The notes under the pieces: model-generated
Database searches by the model: none
What the model saw: only the letters and a program-made list of their open reading frames with translations
Told to the model about the DNA's origin: nothing
Assembly (NCBI GenBank): GCA_951406725.2
Contig: OX597824.1
Span: forward strand, 86,552,001 to 86,616,000
From: Octopus vulgaris
Taxonomy: Eukaryota
Reading direction: 5' to 3'
DNA: 64,000 nucleotides
Shown: positions 61,625-64,000 of the stretch, piece by piece
Numbering within the stretch: the stretch's first letter is position 1
Layout: each line of letters begins with the position of its first letter
Made by a program: the position numbers and the translations under genes

Positions 61625-64000
61625 TTAACATTAAACATGTAGTTAATTGCATTAACAGATTATAAGGTTTTATTTATGACATATATTGCAGTCACTGAGA
61701 TTAAATTGTTTCTAAGCCCCAGATTATCTCTCAATGAGCAGATCTATGATGAAAAGTATTCCAGATGTGACCATTCCATCTGTATTTCAGGTAGTACAAC
61801 TAGGACAATATTATCCAGTGTGGCTCTTCCTTCTCTCTCTCTCTCTTTTAAGACAAAGGTATGATTTGAGGGAAATTTGGTTACTATTTCTAACACGCTG
61901 AGCAACTATACAGACATTTCTCTTGATGGCTCATGAGTATCATTCTTATATAGCATTAAATAAAGTAACTAGTTACATCAGTCTTGATTCTAGCAAATCT
62001 AAATCCCTCAGTAATTATAATTACTGAGAACCTAGGACATAATTTATTGATTAGTTCACTAGTATTGACATATTTAATGCTGAGAAATTAATTGAAAATC
62101 TTACTAAAAGTAAATATGTTGTGAGATAAAGAAAACATTTAATTAGTCAATCATCGTTATTTTGATTGAGAATGGTGGTTGTTGTTTGTGCTTAGCTCCA
62201 TGTCAGTCCTGACTGAGTCAACCAATGATGAAAGTAGTCCAGCCAGGGCTACCAAGCTCACCCCTATTTTTTTCTTTTTTTTTGGTGGGGAGAAATCTAA
62301 GGTATGGAAAACCAAAGGTTTTCCATACCTTAGAACTCACAGAAAAATTTGAAATTTTATAACTGTAATTCAACTGTGAAGTATAATTACAATTTGTGCT
62401 TTATATTTTATGAAAGTCCTTCTGGCACTCAAAACAATAGTTCATGTAGCAAAACCAAAGGAAATTCGTATAAATAAAATACATGGACAGCTTTTAATGT
62501 CATACCTTTCCCTGAGACATTAAACTAATTGAAGCATTTCTATTTTGCTTAATTAAAATAAGATCAGAGATTTGGTCACTTGTCTATGTATTTCTTTACT
62601 GCCGACAAAGGGCTAAACATAGAGGGGACAAACAAGGACAGACAAACAGATTAAGTTGATTACATCGACCCCAGTGCGTAACTGGTACTTTATTTATCAA
62701 CCCCGAAAGGATGAAAGGCAAAGTCGACCTCGGCGGAATTTGAACTCAGAACGTAACGGCGGACAAAATACGGCTACGCATTTCGCCCAGCGTGCTAACG
62801 ATTCTGCCGGCTCGCCGCCTATGAATTATCCACTGCCTAACAGAGTCCAATGTAAGTTGGTTGATGTTTGGAAGGGCATTCAACTGTAAAAACCCTGCCA
62901 AAACAGACAGTGAAGCCTGGTGCAGTCTCCTGCCTAGCCTAGCCAGCTCCTGTCAAACCGTCCAACCCATGCCAGCATGGAAAACGAATATTAACCCTTT
63001 AGTGTTCACATTATTCTGCCAAAATTAATGCTTCTTTATCCACATTGCTTTGAACTAATCATGCATTATCTTGTAGCTATGAGGTTTTGATGAGGTAGCT
63101 GTTAATTTTTAAAACGATATTGTAGGGTTGGTGCGAGAGACCAGATTTGGCCAGTTTCAACATAAAACAGGCAGAATACTTTTGGCCGGATATGGTCGGT
63201 TTAAATGCTAAAGGGTTAAATGATGATGATGAAAAAGAAGATGAGCTGGAAGAATAGTTAGAGTGCTGGGAAAATGCTTTGTGGTATTTCTCCTGACTCA
63301 TAATGTTCTGTGATTTATGGATCTTTTCGGGATCAATTAAAGAAGGTATTGGGGTTGACTTGCCCTCTCCCTTAAAAATTGCTGGCCTTGTGGCAAAATT
63401 AGAAAGAATATACATATATATATGTAAGCACAATACTCAGATTTATAGGGATGTGTATATATGTCTTTACTACCCACAAGGGTCTAAACACAGAGGGGAC
63501 AAATAAGGACAGACAAACGGATTAAGGCAAATTGCTTAGCGGTATTTCATCTGCTGCTACGTTCTGAGTTCAAATTCCGCTGAGGTTGACTTTGCCTTTC
63601 ATCCTCCCGGGGTCAATTAAATAAGTACCAGTTACGCACTGGGGTCGATGTAATCGACTTAATCCGTTTGTCTGTCATTGTTTGTCCCCTCTGTGTGTAA
63701 CCCCTTGTGGGCAATAAAGAAATAAGACAAAGATATCACTGATTGCACTTCCATTTCATTTCATTTTTCTTTTACACCTATTTGCATACATCACGCTGCA
63801 GGACTTAACTTTGACTTAAATCTACTAATTGTCCACGAGCTGTGCTGATGAAATATACCAATATCAAACCATGCGTATGGAGACGATGAAAACAAAAATG
63901 AAAAGAAACAACAATATAGACTAGAATACTTAACTTTAATTAGATTTCAACCTTCATGCTATGCTTTACATTGAAGATGGGTAAAAAAAAATCCTTTTTG

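Overview
AT-rich, intron-containing animal genomic DNA, dense with SINEs and microsatellites. The repeat landscape suggests an octopod cephalopod (inference). Two genes lie head-to-head with only 330 bp between their start codons. The first is a 13-exon PP2A regulatory subunit B''-gamma gene (PPP2R3C, minus strand, 33709->1500, about 462 aa), reconstructed by hand with consistent GT-AG junctions and phases. The second is an intronless ERG4/ERG24-family Delta14-sterol reductase (TM7SF2/LBR-like, plus strand, 34040-35335, 431 aa). The rest is mostly mobile DNA: a decayed full-length mariner with two deletion derivatives, six non-autonomous Helitrons, TTAA/piggyBac-type MITEs with internal ~180-bp tandem units, GG-ended 8-bp-TSD elements, LINE fragments and at least four SINE families. 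The least expected signal is a set of (TA)n-associated elements carrying minimal hammerhead-ribozyme-like motifs, including compensatory U3-A8 and G3-C8 core variants. Related long fold-back palindromes occur too, and several of both sit on the sense strand inside PPP2R3C introns. No gene was recognised from about 35.4 kb to the end of the window.
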